From NCBI GenBank assembly GCA_963729625.1, contig CAVSOU010000007.1:160001-224000 (forward strand): a stretch of DNA of 64,000 nt, in the 5' to 3' direction. The stretch's first letter is position 1. Each line of letters starts with the position of its first letter. Shown here piece after piece: positions 8,526 to 18,923 of the stretch. The DNA comes from an uncultured bacterium. Lineage in GTDB: Bacteria > Chloroflexota > UBA5177 > JANWHV01. A program made the translations under genes and the position numbers. The notes beneath the pieces were generated by a model. That model worked only from the letters and a program-made list of their open reading frames with translations. It was not told the origin of the DNA and made no database searches.

Positions 8526-9552
8526 TCGCGCCATTCCCGGCCAGCGGCATTGCGCTGAGCAAACCGTCGAGAGCGAGGCGGGGCATAACGTTTGCCTGCA
8601 CCTGATAGGTTGCCACCTGAATCCTCGTCAGAAACGGGATGATGTCCCGAACACCGACGCCCTGCACCGACACGCCGACAAGCTGATGACGCGCAAGTTC
8701 CAGCGCCTCCGAGCTCGCCACGTCAAGGAGTGCGTCGCGCCACCACACCTCCAAGCGCGCAAGGAGTCCCAAGGCGCGCTCGCGCACCTCGACGAAGGCG
8801 CCTCTACCCAGCCAGGATTCCACGGCCTGCATCCTCGAGTACGGGCCGGCGAAAGCTAGTCCCCCGATGAGCGCAAGGGCAGCACGCTCGCGCTCGACCT
8901 GCGCCGGCTCCGTCAGCGCTGTGACCGCCCAACCGGGCCGGCCGCGGGCGAGACCGGCGAGACTCGCCGCCGTGTCGCGGTCGGCCCCGAAATCGGTGGC
9001 GAGCGCGTCGGCGATTACTCGCGACGGCACAGGCTCGAGGGTAAGTGTCTGGCAACGCGATCGCACCGTTGCTGGCAGTGCCATGGGATCTTCGGCGGTG
9101 AGGACGACCGTAGCGTTCGGCGGCGGCTCCTCGAGAGTCTTGAGCAACGCACTTGCAGCGGAGTCGTTCATGCGATCCGCACCGGCAATGCAAAACAGCT
9201 TCTGGGAAGCCTCGTACGGCCTCAACGATATGTCCTGCTCGACCTGTCGAATCTGCTCGATGGTGATGTCGCGCCGCTCGGCGTCTCGACGTACGATCAC
9301 AACATCAGGATGCAAGCCGCGGATAAGGCGCCGGCACCCGCGACAATCACCACACGGCCGACAACCCGCTCCAGTACAGACGAGCAGGCCGCCAAGATGC
9401 AGCGCCAGCGACGTCTTGCCGACAGACTCCGGGCCAACCAGCAGGTAGGAGTGGCCAAGCCGGTTCCGCTCCGCGGCCCTGGCAAGGAGGTCTCGCGCCC
9501 ACGTATGTCCGATCATGCATTGAGGATGCCGTTCGTGCCGCTCGGCAGGCAA
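8518..9552 (-). CDS. holB: DNA polymerase III subunit delta'
   Basis: 'HSYLLVGPESVGKT', Zn motif 'C...PCGDCRGC', 'HPD', 'ALLKTLEEPP', 'TVRSRC'. The true start may be ATG 9519. Confidence 0.93.
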   Translation of the reverse strand: MPAERHERHPQCMIGHTWARDLLARAAERNRLGHSYLLVGPESVGKTSLALHLGGLLVCTGAGCRPCGDCRGCRRLIRGLHPDVVIVRRDAERRDITIEQIRQVEQDISLRPYEASQKLFCIAGADRMNDSAASALLKTLEEPPPNATVVLTAEDPMALPATVRSRCQTLTLEPVPSRVIADALATDFGADRDTAASLAGLARGRPGWAVTALTEPAQVERERAALALIGGLAFAGPYSRMQAVESWLGRGAFVEVRERALGLLARLEVWWRDALLDVASSEALELARHQLVGVSVQGVGVRDIIPFLTRIQVATYQVQANVMPRLALDGLLSAMPLAGNGANA

Positions 9553-9684
9553 GTCGGTCGTACCGGCAATCAGATATCATTCCTCACGCGAGCGCTCAAC
9601 AGGTTGCCGGCACCGGGTACACGGTAGGCTCAATGGCTTCCTGGACAGGGCCTTGGGACCAGACTGCTGAGGCGAGGGAGCAGG

Positions 9685-10797
9685 ATGCGAGTCGCGCTGG
9701 TACACGACTACCTGAACCAACAGGGCGGCGCCGAGAAAGTCGCGGAAGTCTTCTGCTCCATATTCCCGGGCGCACCAATGTACACCTCGGTCTTTGATTC
9801 GAAGGCGATGGCCGCGGCGTGGCAGTCGGTCGAGATCCACACCAGTTTCATGCAGAAGCTATCACCTCGACTGAAGATTGCCAAAGCTCTGCTACCCCTG
9901 TATCCGGCGGCCTTTGAGTCATTTGACCTGACCGGTTTCGACCTCGTCCTCAGCAGCTGCAGCACGTTCTCCAAGGGAGTGCTTACACCGCCGGGCACTC
10001 TGCACGTGTGTTATTGCCACAATACCACGCGCCCTCTCTGGATGTACCACGAGTATGTGGCGCGCGAGAATTTGGGGCGCGGGCAACGCGCGATGCTCGC
10101 GCCACTCGTGGGCGCGCTACGTATGTGGGATTATGCGGCCGCGCAACGAGTCGACCACTTCATCGCTAACTCGCAGACTACCGCGGCGAGAATCCGCAAG
10201 TTCTATCGCCGCGAGGCTATAGTGATTGAGCCACCCGTGCAGGTGGCTGAGTTCGGCGGTGACTTCGTGGAGCCGGATCCATACTATCTGGTGATGGCAC
10301 GTCTGCAATCCTACAAGCGTATAGACCTGGCAATTGAGGCAGCCAACCGGCTCCGTACACCGCTGAAGATCGCGGGCAGCGGTCCCGACGAGGCTCGGCT
10401 CCGCGAGATTGCGGGTCCTACCGTGCAATTCCTTGGGCGGGTATCGAATCCACAGAGAGTGCAGCTGTTTCGCCGGTGTCGCGCGCTCTTGATCCCTGGT
10501 GCAGAGGACTTTGGCCTGAACGCGCTTGAAGCGCAGGCCGCCGGCCGTCCGGTCATTGCCTACGCCGCAGGTGGCTCGCTCGAGACTGTCGTCCACGGAG
10601 TTACCGGTGTGCTGTATGCCGACCAGACCGTCGAAGCTCTCACGGAGATTCTCCAAGCATTCGATCCGGCTTCCTACGATCCGGCTGCCTGCAGGTCCCA
10701 GGCAAGCCGTTTCGATGAACCAGTTTTCAAGCAGCGACTGCTGTCTTACCTGCGCTTCGTCGGTGCGCAGGTCGATTCGACAAAGGGCATTCAATGA
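9685..10797 (+). CDS. Glycosyltransferase family 4 (GT-B)
   Basis: 'MRVALVHDYLNQQGGAEKV', 'YKRIDLAI', 'EDFGLNALEAQAAGRPVIAY'. Confidence 0.95.
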   Translation: MRVALVHDYLNQQGGAEKVAEVFCSIFPGAPMYTSVFDSKAMAAAWQSVEIHTSFMQKLSPRLKIAKALLPLYPAAFESFDLTGFDLVLSSCSTFSKGVLTPPGTLHVCYCHNTTRPLWMYHEYVARENLGRGQRAMLAPLVGALRMWDYAAAQRVDHFIANSQTTAARIRKFYRREAIVIEPPVQVAEFGGDFVEPDPYYLVMARLQSYKRIDLAIEAANRLRTPLKIAGSGPDEARLREIAGPTVQFLGRVSNPQRVQLFRRCRALLIPGAEDFGLNALEAQAAGRPVIAYAAGGSLETVVHGVTGVLYADQTVEALTEILQAFDPASYDPAACRSQASRFDEPVFKQRLLSYLRFVGAQVDSTKGIQ

Positions 10798-11255
10798 TCA
10801 TCGAAGGCGTCCAGCTAAAGCAGCTCGCGACCCATCCCGACGAGCGCGGATACTTTCGTGAGATCCTGCGCGTCACTGATCCAATTCTCGCCGAAGGCTT
10901 CGCGCAGCTCAGTCATTCGCTCATGCACTGCGGCGTGGTCAAGGCATGGCACGTGCACCCCACGCAGATCGATTGGTGGTACGTGCCGATTGGCGCCCTC
11001 AAGGTCGCACTTCACGATCTGCGCGATGACTCCCCCACCCGGGGAGTGACCTCAGAGCTATTGCTCGGCGAAGTCTATGGCGCACAGGTCCTGAAGATTC
11101 CGTCGGGCGTCGCACACGGGTGCTCGGCGCTCGTGGGTCCGACGCACCTCTTCTACGTTACGTCGCGAACGTACGACTCGCGCGAAGAAGGCCGCATCGC
11201 GCACGATGACCCTGACATCGGCTACGATTGGCTCGCCGGACCGACGATAAAGTAG
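10794..11255 (+). CDS. dTDP-4-dehydrorhamnose 3,5-epimerase (RmlC-like cupin)
   Basis: 'HPDERGYFREI', 'VVKAWHVH', 'DLRDDSPT', 'IPSGVAHG', 'DPDIGYDW'. ATGA overlap with the GT4 gene. Confidence 0.88.
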   Translation: MIIEGVQLKQLATHPDERGYFREILRVTDPILAEGFAQLSHSLMHCGVVKAWHVHPTQIDWWYVPIGALKVALHDLRDDSPTRGVTSELLLGEVYGAQVLKIPSGVAHGCSALVGPTHLFYVTSRTYDSREEGRIAHDDPDIGYDWLAGPTIK

Positions 11256-11311
11256 CGCGCCATCGGGCTCAATTGAGGCTGCGTACCGGCCAGGTTGGGG
11301 CCCTTCCCTTG

Positions 11312-11998
11312 TCAGCGCCGCAATCCATCGAGCGGCACAATCAAATCTGGGCCGTCATTGCGAAGCGAAGACACGCGCGTCGACACCGAATACGCATCCA
11401 TCTTGTCGGCATCGTAGGGTCTGAGAAACGAGACGACCACACCGGGATCGGTCAGGTCCCGATCGAGCCAGCCCGCTTCGGCCTGCCGCTCGAGGATGGC
11501 GGGCATGCGGTTGTGGATCTCCGCCATAAGCTCGTTCGGCGACGTCGTGATAATCGCGCATGACTGCATGGTATGGCCCTGGTCGTCTTGCGCCTCAGCG
11601 TACAGCCCCGCAAACGCAAACAAGCCGCGATCCTTGAGACGGATGAAGTAGGGCTGCTTCGCCGGAGTTCCAGGTTGTGCCTTCCATTCGTAGAACCCGT
11701 CCGCCGGAATCAAGCAGCGCTTTCGCGCTACTGACGAGCGAAACATCGGTCGCTCCAGCAGCGTCTCGGCACGCGCGTTTATCGGGTCGGGTCCACGGTT
11801 CTCGCCTTGCTTCCAGGGCGGTCGAAAGCCCCATCGCATCATACGAATGACTTTGAAGCCGTCCTCGTCCACGATCGCCGGGATAGCCTGCGTCGGTGCG
11901 ATGTTGTAACGTGGAATGAGCGCGTGCTCGTCACCAGGAGCGACGTCGAAGCGAAGCGACAACTGTTGCGTATCAGACAGCGCAAAACGACCACACAT
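11312..11998 (-). CDS. SOS response-associated peptidase (SRAP/YedK; abasic-site protection)
   Basis: 'MCGRF' with catalytic Cys2, 'RYNIAPTQ', 'INARAET', 'ADGFYEW', 'IHNRMPAIL'. Confidence 0.95.
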   Translation of the reverse strand: MCGRFALSDTQQLSLRFDVAPGDEHALIPRYNIAPTQAIPAIVDEDGFKVIRMMRWGFRPPWKQGENRGPDPINARAETLLERPMFRSSVARKRCLIPADGFYEWKAQPGTPAKQPYFIRLKDRGLFAFAGLYAEAQDDQGHTMQSCAIITTSPNELMAEIHNRMPAILERQAEAGWLDRDLTDPGVVVSFLRPYDADKMDAYSVSTRVSSLRNDGPDLIVPLDGLRR

Positions 11999-12076
11999 GG
12001 CCACTTCCCCTCGAAGACCACCCTTGAAACGCCGGCATGAAGGCTAGCGGACGCACTATCAAGCGCCCGGTTCAGG

Positions 12077-13282
12077 TCAATCAGCAGACCAAGCCGGAAC
12101 CGACACCGCAGCCTCGATATGGAGCGTTTGCCTGCGGAACATCACCCAGGAGATGGCCAGCATGATCATCCCTGACGGCAATGTTAGCGCCAGTGCAACC
12201 CGCGCATCGGCGAACTGGACGAGTACTCCACCTAGCCATGGTATCACCGCCCCAAACAGAGATGCGCCGGCGATAAGCAAACCGGCAATACTCCCGGCCA
12301 CCTCCGGGTACACTTCACCGGCCACCGCCATAACCAGTGGAAAAATCGCCGCGTAGCCGAGACCGCTGGCCACAAGCGCGGCGAGCGCAACCGGGGCATT
12401 CGGAGCGAACACGAGAGCACAGCACGCCACGAGCGAGAATGTGCACGTCAGGACCAGAAGGACGCGACCACTGAACCAGCGCGTCGCGAACGCGGACAGC
12501 AGTCTGCCGAAGGCTAACCCTCCCCAGTACAGACTGACGGACGTCGCGGCCGCTACGCTGCTGAAGTGGTGGATATCTTGCAGATAGGCCGCGGACCAAT
12601 CGCCCAGCAGCAGTTCGCCGCCCACGTAGACCCCCATCATCAGGCCGAGAGCGAGCACCAGTGGCGTGAGCGCAAGCTTCAAGACGCTGCGCGCACCGAC
12701 CTTCTGCTCGCGCTTGCGGTGCCCCGGCATGGGCGCTCGAGCGAACATGAAGATGAGCACTGCAGCGGCAAGTGAATCCACGCCGTACGCGGCGCGCCAA
12801 CTGATGTGCAGGGCTAGAAAACCGCCAATCAGGAGCGGGCCAACCAGAGCGCCAAATCCGAAGAACGCGTGCAGCAGGCTCTGCTCGCGAGCGTGTCCTT
12901 CCGGCGGCGCAATATCGATCATCAAGGCGTTGGAGCCGCTGTCGACGACACCGCCGCCAATACTGACAACGCAGAGGCTCGCGGCAACGAGCGCCCACGC
13001 CGGCGCGACCGCAGCGAGTGCAAGCCCCGCGCACAGCACGAAAGCGCCCATGCGAAGCAGAAGGCCTCGGCTCCATCGGTCACCGGCAGGACCGCCAATC
13101 AAGACCGCACAGATGTAGCCGAAGCTCGAAGCCAGGAAAAGAGCACCGGACTGTGATGGGGTCATATGAAATTCAGACAGTATAGGCAACAGCGCAGGCC
13201 CAAGAAGCGTGCCGGCAATACCCAGGACGATGAAGCCCCAATAAGCAGATGGGCGCACCAGGCCTGGCTTACTCTCTTGCAT
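12077..13282 (-). CDS. MFS transporter (TsgA/FucP-like)
   Basis: About 12 hydrophobic helices, motif A 'GPAGDRWSR', 'LHAFFGFGALVGP', 'YVGGE'. Confidence 0.9.
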   Translation of the reverse strand: MQESKPGLVRPSAYWGFIVLGIAGTLLGPALLPILSEFHMTPSQSGALFLASSFGYICAVLIGGPAGDRWSRGLLLRMGAFVLCAGLALAAVAPAWALVAASLCVVSIGGGVVDSGSNALMIDIAPPEGHAREQSLLHAFFGFGALVGPLLIGGFLALHISWRAAYGVDSLAAAVLIFMFARAPMPGHRKREQKVGARSVLKLALTPLVLALGLMMGVYVGGELLLGDWSAAYLQDIHHFSSVAAATSVSLYWGGLAFGRLLSAFATRWFSGRVLLVLTCTFSLVACCALVFAPNAPVALAALVASGLGYAAIFPLVMAVAGEVYPEVAGSIAGLLIAGASLFGAVIPWLGGVLVQFADARVALALTLPSGMIMLAISWVMFRRQTLHIEAAVSVPAWSAD

Positions 13283-13317
13283 GGCTCCATTCAGCGGGTG
13301 GACCCGCGCGCTGCGAA

Positions 13318-14373
13318 CTAGGCGGTCTGGGCTTTCACGCGCGCGATGACGGCGTCCGTGAATTCCGTGGTAAGCAATTGACCGCCGAGGTCGGCGGTCC
13401 GCTGCCCTTCCTCCAGGATCTCAAACACAGACCGCGCAATCAGGCCGGCCATGCGCCGAAATCCGTCCCCAGGAATGTACGACAACAACGAGGCGCCGGC
13501 CAAGATCATCGCCATTGGGTTTGCGACGTTCTTGCCGAATAGACTTGGGGCGGTGCCGTGAGGCGCCTCCGCCATGACCGTTTTCGGACGGAAGCTCGCG
13601 TCAAAGCTGAACAGGAGTGACTCAGAGCCCGCGATAGAGCCGAACATCTGCAGAACCAGGTCCGACAAGCAATCGCCGTCTCGGTTGAGGGCCGGAATCA
13701 CCATCGACGAGCCGGAGCTCGACAACAACAGCGCGTACGTCGCATCAATCAGCTGTGGCTCGTACCGTATATCGGCGTTTCTCGCTGCCGCAGCATCCAG
13801 CTCCTCCTTGAGCATCCCTTCATAGATGGGACTGACGGTGTACTTCGGTCCGCCAAATACCTTCGCGCCGAGACGACGCGCTTGCATGAAGCTGAACTCG
13901 GCCACGGAATGGCACACCGATCGGCTGATGCGCTCCGTTCGATACGCGACCTCGTCGTCTGCGTCCGCCACACGCCACTCCGGCGCCCCGTAGGCGTCTC
14001 CTACAGCCATGCGCACGACAGAAATTGGCGCGTGAACGCCGGCGACAGGTCGCACACCCGGGATTCGCCGGCCAGTTCGGATGATCACTTTGCCGTCGAT
14101 AGCCTGCCGAAGCAGCGCGTTCGGGCTGCCTACGTCACCGGCAAGCTCGGGTGTAATGGTCGCTGCTTTCAGCCCGTATCCTGCGGACACCATCGCGGAT
14201 GCAGCCTGAAACACGACCTCGTTGCGCGTGGCGCGTCGATTGCCGAGGGAGAGATCGAATGTCTGAAAGCGCAGATCGAGGCCTGTTACCGAAGGATCGA
14301 GGACGCGCAATGCCTCGTCAAGCAACTCCTGACCTGTCTGGTCTCCCTGCAGTACTACGATGCTATTGCTCAT
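13318..14373 (-). CDS. Isocitrate/isopropylmalate dehydrogenase-family oxidoreductase (atypical)
   Basis: 'LKAATITP', 'SPNALLR', 'NRDGDCLSD', 'EAPHGTAPSLFGKNVANPMAMILA', 'TADLGG'. Confidence 0.88.
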   Translation of the reverse strand: MSNSIVVLQGDQTGQELLDEALRVLDPSVTGLDLRFQTFDLSLGNRRATRNEVVFQAASAMVSAGYGLKAATITPELAGDVGSPNALLRQAIDGKVIIRTGRRIPGVRPVAGVHAPISVVRMAVGDAYGAPEWRVADADDEVAYRTERISRSVCHSVAEFSFMQARRLGAKVFGGPKYTVSPIYEGMLKEELDAAAARNADIRYEPQLIDATYALLLSSSGSSMVIPALNRDGDCLSDLVLQMFGSIAGSESLLFSFDASFRPKTVMAEAPHGTAPSLFGKNVANPMAMILAGASLLSYIPGDGFRRMAGLIARSVFEILEEGQRTADLGGQLLTTEFTDAVIARVKAQTA

Positions 14374-14393
14374 ACGTCAACGCCTCAACTCTG

Positions 14394-15143
14394 TCATACC
14401 CCCGCTGCCCTCAGGCTCCTCGCCAATGCAGGGAGATCCGAGAGTCGGTGGATGATCGCGTCTGGAGTCGGCGAGCCCGGCTCCTGCGCTTCCAGGCGAA
14501 ACTCGCGTGTTAGCACGCCTCGCATACCTGCGGCCTGCGGACCTGCGATGTCCTCTCGTAGCCGATCGCCCACAAAGACGGCGGCGCTCGCCGGAACGCG
14601 CAAGGACGTGAGTACAGCCTCGTAGATGCGAGCGTGCGGCTTCCGCACGCCTAGCTCCGACGATAGGACCACGGCCTGAAACAGATCCAGGAGTCCAAGG
14701 CGATCCAGATCACAGCGGACAAAGTCACCATAGAGCGTAATGTTGGAAACAAGTCCAAGCAGAAAGCCATCTGTCCGAAGCGTTTGCAGAGCAGCCAGGT
14801 TCGCTGGTGAAACGTGCAGCTCAGCGGTGAGCGCGGTGTGCTCGAGCTCGACAATACGCCGGATCAGGTCGGGAGGTAGTTGCAGATCGAGGTCGGCGAA
14901 AAGATCCGCGAATTCCACAAGCACGTCAAGCTCTTCGAGCTCCTGTCGAAGATAGCTGTCGTTGATCTTGGTCGCGAGCCGCATCGAAACCGCCTCGACG
15001 AGCGCCGATGCGGTCGGGAGCTCTCCCGCTGCGTAGTCGACGAGCATGTCATGCACCTGCTCGTATGTCGCTAGCAACGCGCGCTCGTTCAGTGCGAAGT
15101 CCACGATGGTATGTCCGAAATCGAGCACTATCGCTTCGAGCAC
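14394..15143 (-). CDS. HAD-superfamily hydrolase
   Basis: 'LDFGHT', 'LGLVSN', 'RKP..RIY', 'FVGDRLREDIAGPQAAGM'. Confidence 0.88.
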   Translation of the reverse strand: MLEAIVLDFGHTIVDFALNERALLATYEQVHDMLVDYAAGELPTASALVEAVSMRLATKINDSYLRQELEELDVLVEFADLFADLDLQLPPDLIRRIVELEHTALTAELHVSPANLAALQTLRTDGFLLGLVSNITLYGDFVRCDLDRLGLLDLFQAVVLSSELGVRKPHARIYEAVLTSLRVPASAAVFVGDRLREDIAGPQAAGMRGVLTREFRLEAQEPGSPTPDAIIHRLSDLPALARSLRAAGV

Positions 15144-15164
15144 GAGAACCCCTCCTTGACCGCT

Positions 15165-16430
15165 TCAGACTGTCGACCGCTCTATAGTCGCTCCGGTCGC
15201 CACGATCTCCTCGTGGAAGCGCGGCAGCGTAAAGCAGAAGGTGCTGCCGACACCTTCGGCACTCTCGGCCCAAATCCGGCCGCCGTTTGCTTCGACCCAG
15301 TTGCGTGCGATGAACAAACCTAACCCGGTTCCTCCGGCCTCGACTGTTCGAGGGTTCTCCAGGCGGGTGAACTTGGTGAAGAGCTGGCCAAGTTGGTCGG
15401 GCGAGATGCCAACGCCGGAGTCGCGAACGCCGATGGTAATCTGCTCGTCGTCTTGCTGAACGAACACACGCACACTTCCTCCGTCATAGGAGTACTTGAG
15501 TGCGTTGCTTACGAGATTCACGAAGACTTGCTCGGCATGCTGCGAGTCGGCATACGCGACCGATGGATCCGCACGCTCAAGGGAGATCACAATACTCCGT
15601 CCTTCGGCGGTGACTGCAAACGTCCGGAGCACCCGGGAAATCATCGGCACGACATCGAGCCGCTCGCGTTGCAGGCGCACCCGCCCGGATTCGATGCGAG
15701 AGGCGCTCAGCATGTCGTCGACGAGGCTGGTGAGCGCGTTCACCTGCGCGTCAATCAACTGGAGGTATTCCTCCTCCGTAAGTCTGTCGAACCCAAAATC
15801 GTCCCGGCGCAGCAACAGGTTCGTGAAGCCTTTGATGATCGAGAGTGGTGTCCGGAGCTCGTGCGACGCCGTGGCAATAAACTGGCTCTTGAGGCTATCC
15901 AGCTCGGTCAGGCGCCTCACCATGGCTTTCTCGGCCTCGTGCAGGCGGGCCAGCTCTTCGGTTCGCTGCTGCAGCTTATCCTCGGTCGCCTTGATACGCA
16001 ACATCACGCGTACCTTTGCGACAAGCTCGTCCATGTCGAACGGCTTGGTGATATAGTCGTCCACGCCCTTGGCGAGGCCGACGAGCTTGTCGTCGCGATG
16101 CGCGGCGGCAGTCACCATGATCACCGGGAGGAAGCGGGCTGGGTCAACGGCCTTTATCCGCTCGCAGACTTCGAGTCCGTCGAAGTCCGGCAACGCCCGG
16201 TCGAGCAGCACCAACACCGGATGATGCTCGGTCATGGCGTCAACTGCATCCTGCCCACTGAAGGCAGGGACGGGATCATACCCCTCGAGGCTCAGAACGG
16301 CCGATAGCATCTCGACCAGGTCTTCGTTGTCGTCGACGACGAGTATTCGACTGCCGGACATGTCCTCAGAGGGGCGCGAACGTGAATCCATGTTGTGGCT
16401 AGTGTACACTGGCATACGACCCTTCGTCAT
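15165..16430 (-). CDS. Hybrid response regulator / histidine kinase (REC-HisKA-HATPase)
   Basis: REC 'ILVVDDN...LLD...DYITKPF', H-box 'SHELRTPL', 'NLVSNALKYS', 'GGTGLGL'. Start uncertain. Confidence 0.93.
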   Translation of the reverse strand: MTKGRMPVYTSHNMDSRSRPSEDMSGSRILVVDDNEDLVEMLSAVLSLEGYDPVPAFSGQDAVDAMTEHHPVLVLLDRALPDFDGLEVCERIKAVDPARFLPVIMVTAAAHRDDKLVGLAKGVDDYITKPFDMDELVAKVRVMLRIKATEDKLQQRTEELARLHEAEKAMVRRLTELDSLKSQFIATASHELRTPLSIIKGFTNLLLRRDDFGFDRLTEEEYLQLIDAQVNALTSLVDDMLSASRIESGRVRLQRERLDVVPMISRVLRTFAVTAEGRSIVISLERADPSVAYADSQHAEQVFVNLVSNALKYSYDGGSVRVFVQQDDEQITIGVRDSGVGISPDQLGQLFTKFTRLENPRTVEAGGTGLGLFIARNWVEANGGRIWAESAEGVGSTFCFTLPRFHEEIVATGATIERSTV

Positions 16431-16453
16431 AAATCTGCCACAAATGGAGCTTT

Positions 16454-17317
16454 ATGGCCGCGCTGAATTGGCGCCGAATCCTGTCCGCGGCGACCACTCC
16501 CCTCATAGGGTTGGGCGTCGTGTGTGTGTACGGATCGCTGTACGAGCGGCATCACTTGCGCGATCGCGTGGTCGAAATCGACGTTCCTGGGCTGCCACCT
16601 GCGTTCGACGCATACCGGATCGTCCAGCTATCCGATTTCCACATCGGTGGGAACGGTTGGTCGGCCGATACCGTCGCACGCGCGGTCGCGCTCGCAATGA
16701 CGAAGGCAGCGAACATCATCGTTCTGTCAGGTGATTTTGTCGAAACGACGCCGGGCATCAGTGCCTGCCAGGAACTGCTCAGGCCGCTTAGAGCGTCGGA
16801 CGGCATCGTGGCCACCCTTGGCAACCACGACTACTCCCACCACGCAATTCGCGTGCAGGCGTTGCTCCAGGCGCTGGGCAACCTCGGCGTGCATGTGTTG
16901 CGCAACGAGTCGATGCGTGTTCGCCGCGGGGACTCGGACCTCTGGCTCGTAGGTATCGACGACGGATATTCGGGGCATGATAATCTTCCGAAAGCGCTCG
17001 CCGGCGTGCCAATGGAGGCGCGACCGATCGTGATTTCCCACTACCCTGACTCCGCCTGGCGACTGGGGCCGGGACGATGGGCAGTCGTGTTGTGTGGGCA
17101 CACCCACGGCTCACAGGTGCGGTTACCCTTTGTCGCCCGCTTCGCTCGTGAGCGCATCGCGAAGACACGTTTTTCGCACGGGCTCTATCGCGTGAACCGC
17201 ACGCCCGTATTCGTGACAACCGGAGTGGGCACCTCAGGGCGCCCATTGCGCGTGTTCTCGCGACCCGAGGTGGCAACAATCGTGCTGCGCGCCTTGCCGG
17301 CGACCATCGCGTCCTAA
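16454..17317 (+). CDS. Metallophosphoesterase (YkuE/YaeI-like) with N-terminal TM anchor
   Basis: 'QLSDFH', 'LSGDF', 'LGNHD', 'SHYPD', 'CGHTHGSQV'. Confidence 0.92.
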   Translation: MAALNWRRILSAATTPLIGLGVVCVYGSLYERHHLRDRVVEIDVPGLPPAFDAYRIVQLSDFHIGGNGWSADTVARAVALAMTKAANIIVLSGDFVETTPGISACQELLRPLRASDGIVATLGNHDYSHHAIRVQALLQALGNLGVHVLRNESMRVRRGDSDLWLVGIDDGYSGHDNLPKALAGVPMEARPIVISHYPDSAWRLGPGRWAVVLCGHTHGSQVRLPFVARFARERIAKTRFSHGLYRVNRTPVFVTTGVGTSGRPLRVFSRPEVATIVLRALPATIAS

Positions 17318-17371
17318 ACGTACGCTGCGAGTTGCCCCTGGGTCGCCGGCGCGAGACATCGGTCGAGGGAG

Positions 17372-18883
17372 ATGGCAGTTCAGAACCAACTGAGTAAGAG
17401 AGACGGCGCCGTGGACGAACCCGGCCGGGTGAGGGAGCCTGTTCGGGAACGACCTTCGGCGGCGAAGGCGTTGTTCCTGCTCATTCTCGTCGCCTATGCC
17501 TATTTCATCCCGCGCGGATCTCTTGCCAATGCGGACAGCCACCTTGCTTTGACGTATTCCATCGTCGAGCTTGGAACCCTGAGAATCGACCACTTTGCCC
17601 TGAATCCCGACTTGATCGACAAGTCGGCCTATTGCGGCAGCACGACGTCGTCCTGCACGCACTACTATACCGACAAGGCGCCGGGGATCAGTTTGCTCGT
17701 GGCGGTGGTGTATCTTCCCCTGCACTACGTGTTACCTCAGTCGATGATGCCGGCATCCCCCACAGGTGATCGGTTTCTCCTGCGCTACCTGCTGACGCTT
17801 CTTGCGATTTCCGTGCCGTGCAGCCTGTTCGCCGCGATCTTCTGGCGTTTCATGACGCGGTTCGTGGACTCGGGCTGGGCGATGACGCTTGCGCTGGGCT
17901 ATGCCTGCGGCACCATCGCCATGCCGTTCGCCATGCTGCTGTTCAGCCATGCGCTGACTGCAGCCTTCATGTTCTCCGCTTTCATCCTCCTTTTCGTGGC
18001 GACGAGGCCAGGTGCGACTGAGCCTCGAGCCGACCGGCTGTCTGGGCTCGCGGGCATTCTCGCTGGCCTGGCTGTCAGTGGCGAGTACCCCGCGGCCATT
18101 ATCGCGGCACTCCTGGGAATATACGCCGCGGTTGCGAGCCTCCAAGCGCGCGGCACGCTGTGGACGGCGACGGCCTATGCAGTGGGCGGCATCATTGGCT
18201 TCTGCCCGGCCCTTTTCTACAACCTCGCCGTCTATGGATCGCCGTTCGCCTTCGGATACGCCCACCTTACCGACCCGTACTACGCGGCCGGGATGTCGCG
18301 CGGCGTGCTCGGCGTGTCGACGCCAAGCCTCGAGGCACTCTGGGGTACGACATTCAGTCCGTTCAGGGGATTGTTTGTGCTCTCCCCGTGGCTGCTTCTT
18401 GCCGGACCGGGTCTGCTGGAGATGAGGCGGCGCGGTATGCGCTTGGAGGCCTTCCTGTGCGCAGGTGTCGCCCTGGCATACTTTGTCTTTCAGATCAGCT
18501 ACGCGTTCTGGAACGGCGGCGCAAGCGTTGGTCCCAGGCACTTTCTGCCCGCGCTTCCCTTTCTCGTGTTTCCCATCGCCTTCGTCGAAAGGACCGGCGC
18601 GCTCCGCCGCATTGGCGCCGTGCTGATCGGCTACTCCATCGTCGTGCTCGTTGCCGTTGTCGCCACGAACCCCTTGTTCGGAGATCCACATTACGTCCGC
18701 GGCGCGTACAACCCGCTGATCGACCAGACGTGGCACGACGTCGTCACCGGTCACTGGCAGAACACGTGGGCCATGCTGTTTGGGCTGCGCGGCCCCCTGG
18801 CGCTCGCGCCACTGGCGGTATTTGCAGTGTTGCAGGGGCGACTGATCAGGCGAGGAATAATGGGGCCTATCGGTCAGGAATGA
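17372..18883 (+). CDS. Polytopic membrane protein, probable GT-C-fold glycosyltransferase
   Basis: About 11-13 TM helices, first-loop 'NADSH...D...YYTDKAPG', 'GLFVLSPW', 'WNGGASVGPRHFLP'. Confidence 0.7.
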   Translation: MAVQNQLSKRDGAVDEPGRVREPVRERPSAAKALFLLILVAYAYFIPRGSLANADSHLALTYSIVELGTLRIDHFALNPDLIDKSAYCGSTTSSCTHYYTDKAPGISLLVAVVYLPLHYVLPQSMMPASPTGDRFLLRYLLTLLAISVPCSLFAAIFWRFMTRFVDSGWAMTLALGYACGTIAMPFAMLLFSHALTAAFMFSAFILLFVATRPGATEPRADRLSGLAGILAGLAVSGEYPAAIIAALLGIYAAVASLQARGTLWTATAYAVGGIIGFCPALFYNLAVYGSPFAFGYAHLTDPYYAAGMSRGVLGVSTPSLEALWGTTFSPFRGLFVLSPWLLLAGPGLLEMRRRGMRLEAFLCAGVALAYFVFQISYAFWNGGASVGPRHFLPALPFLVFPIAFVERTGALRRIGAVLIGYSIVVLVAVVATNPLFGDPHYVRGAYNPLIDQTWHDVVTGHWQNTWAMLFGLRGPLALAPLAVFAVLQGRLIRRGIMGPIGQE

Positions 18884-18923
18884 CGTGGACTGGACTGGGT
18901 GGCGGAACGTGAAAACAGTGCCT

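Noticed and set aside
17732-18754. Long antisense or overlapping ORFs (e.g. 17732-18754, 25992-27131, 38488-39612, 42299-43510, 48562-49776)
   Set aside because: Shadow frames of well-supported genes, expected in high-GC DNA, with no recognisable motifs.
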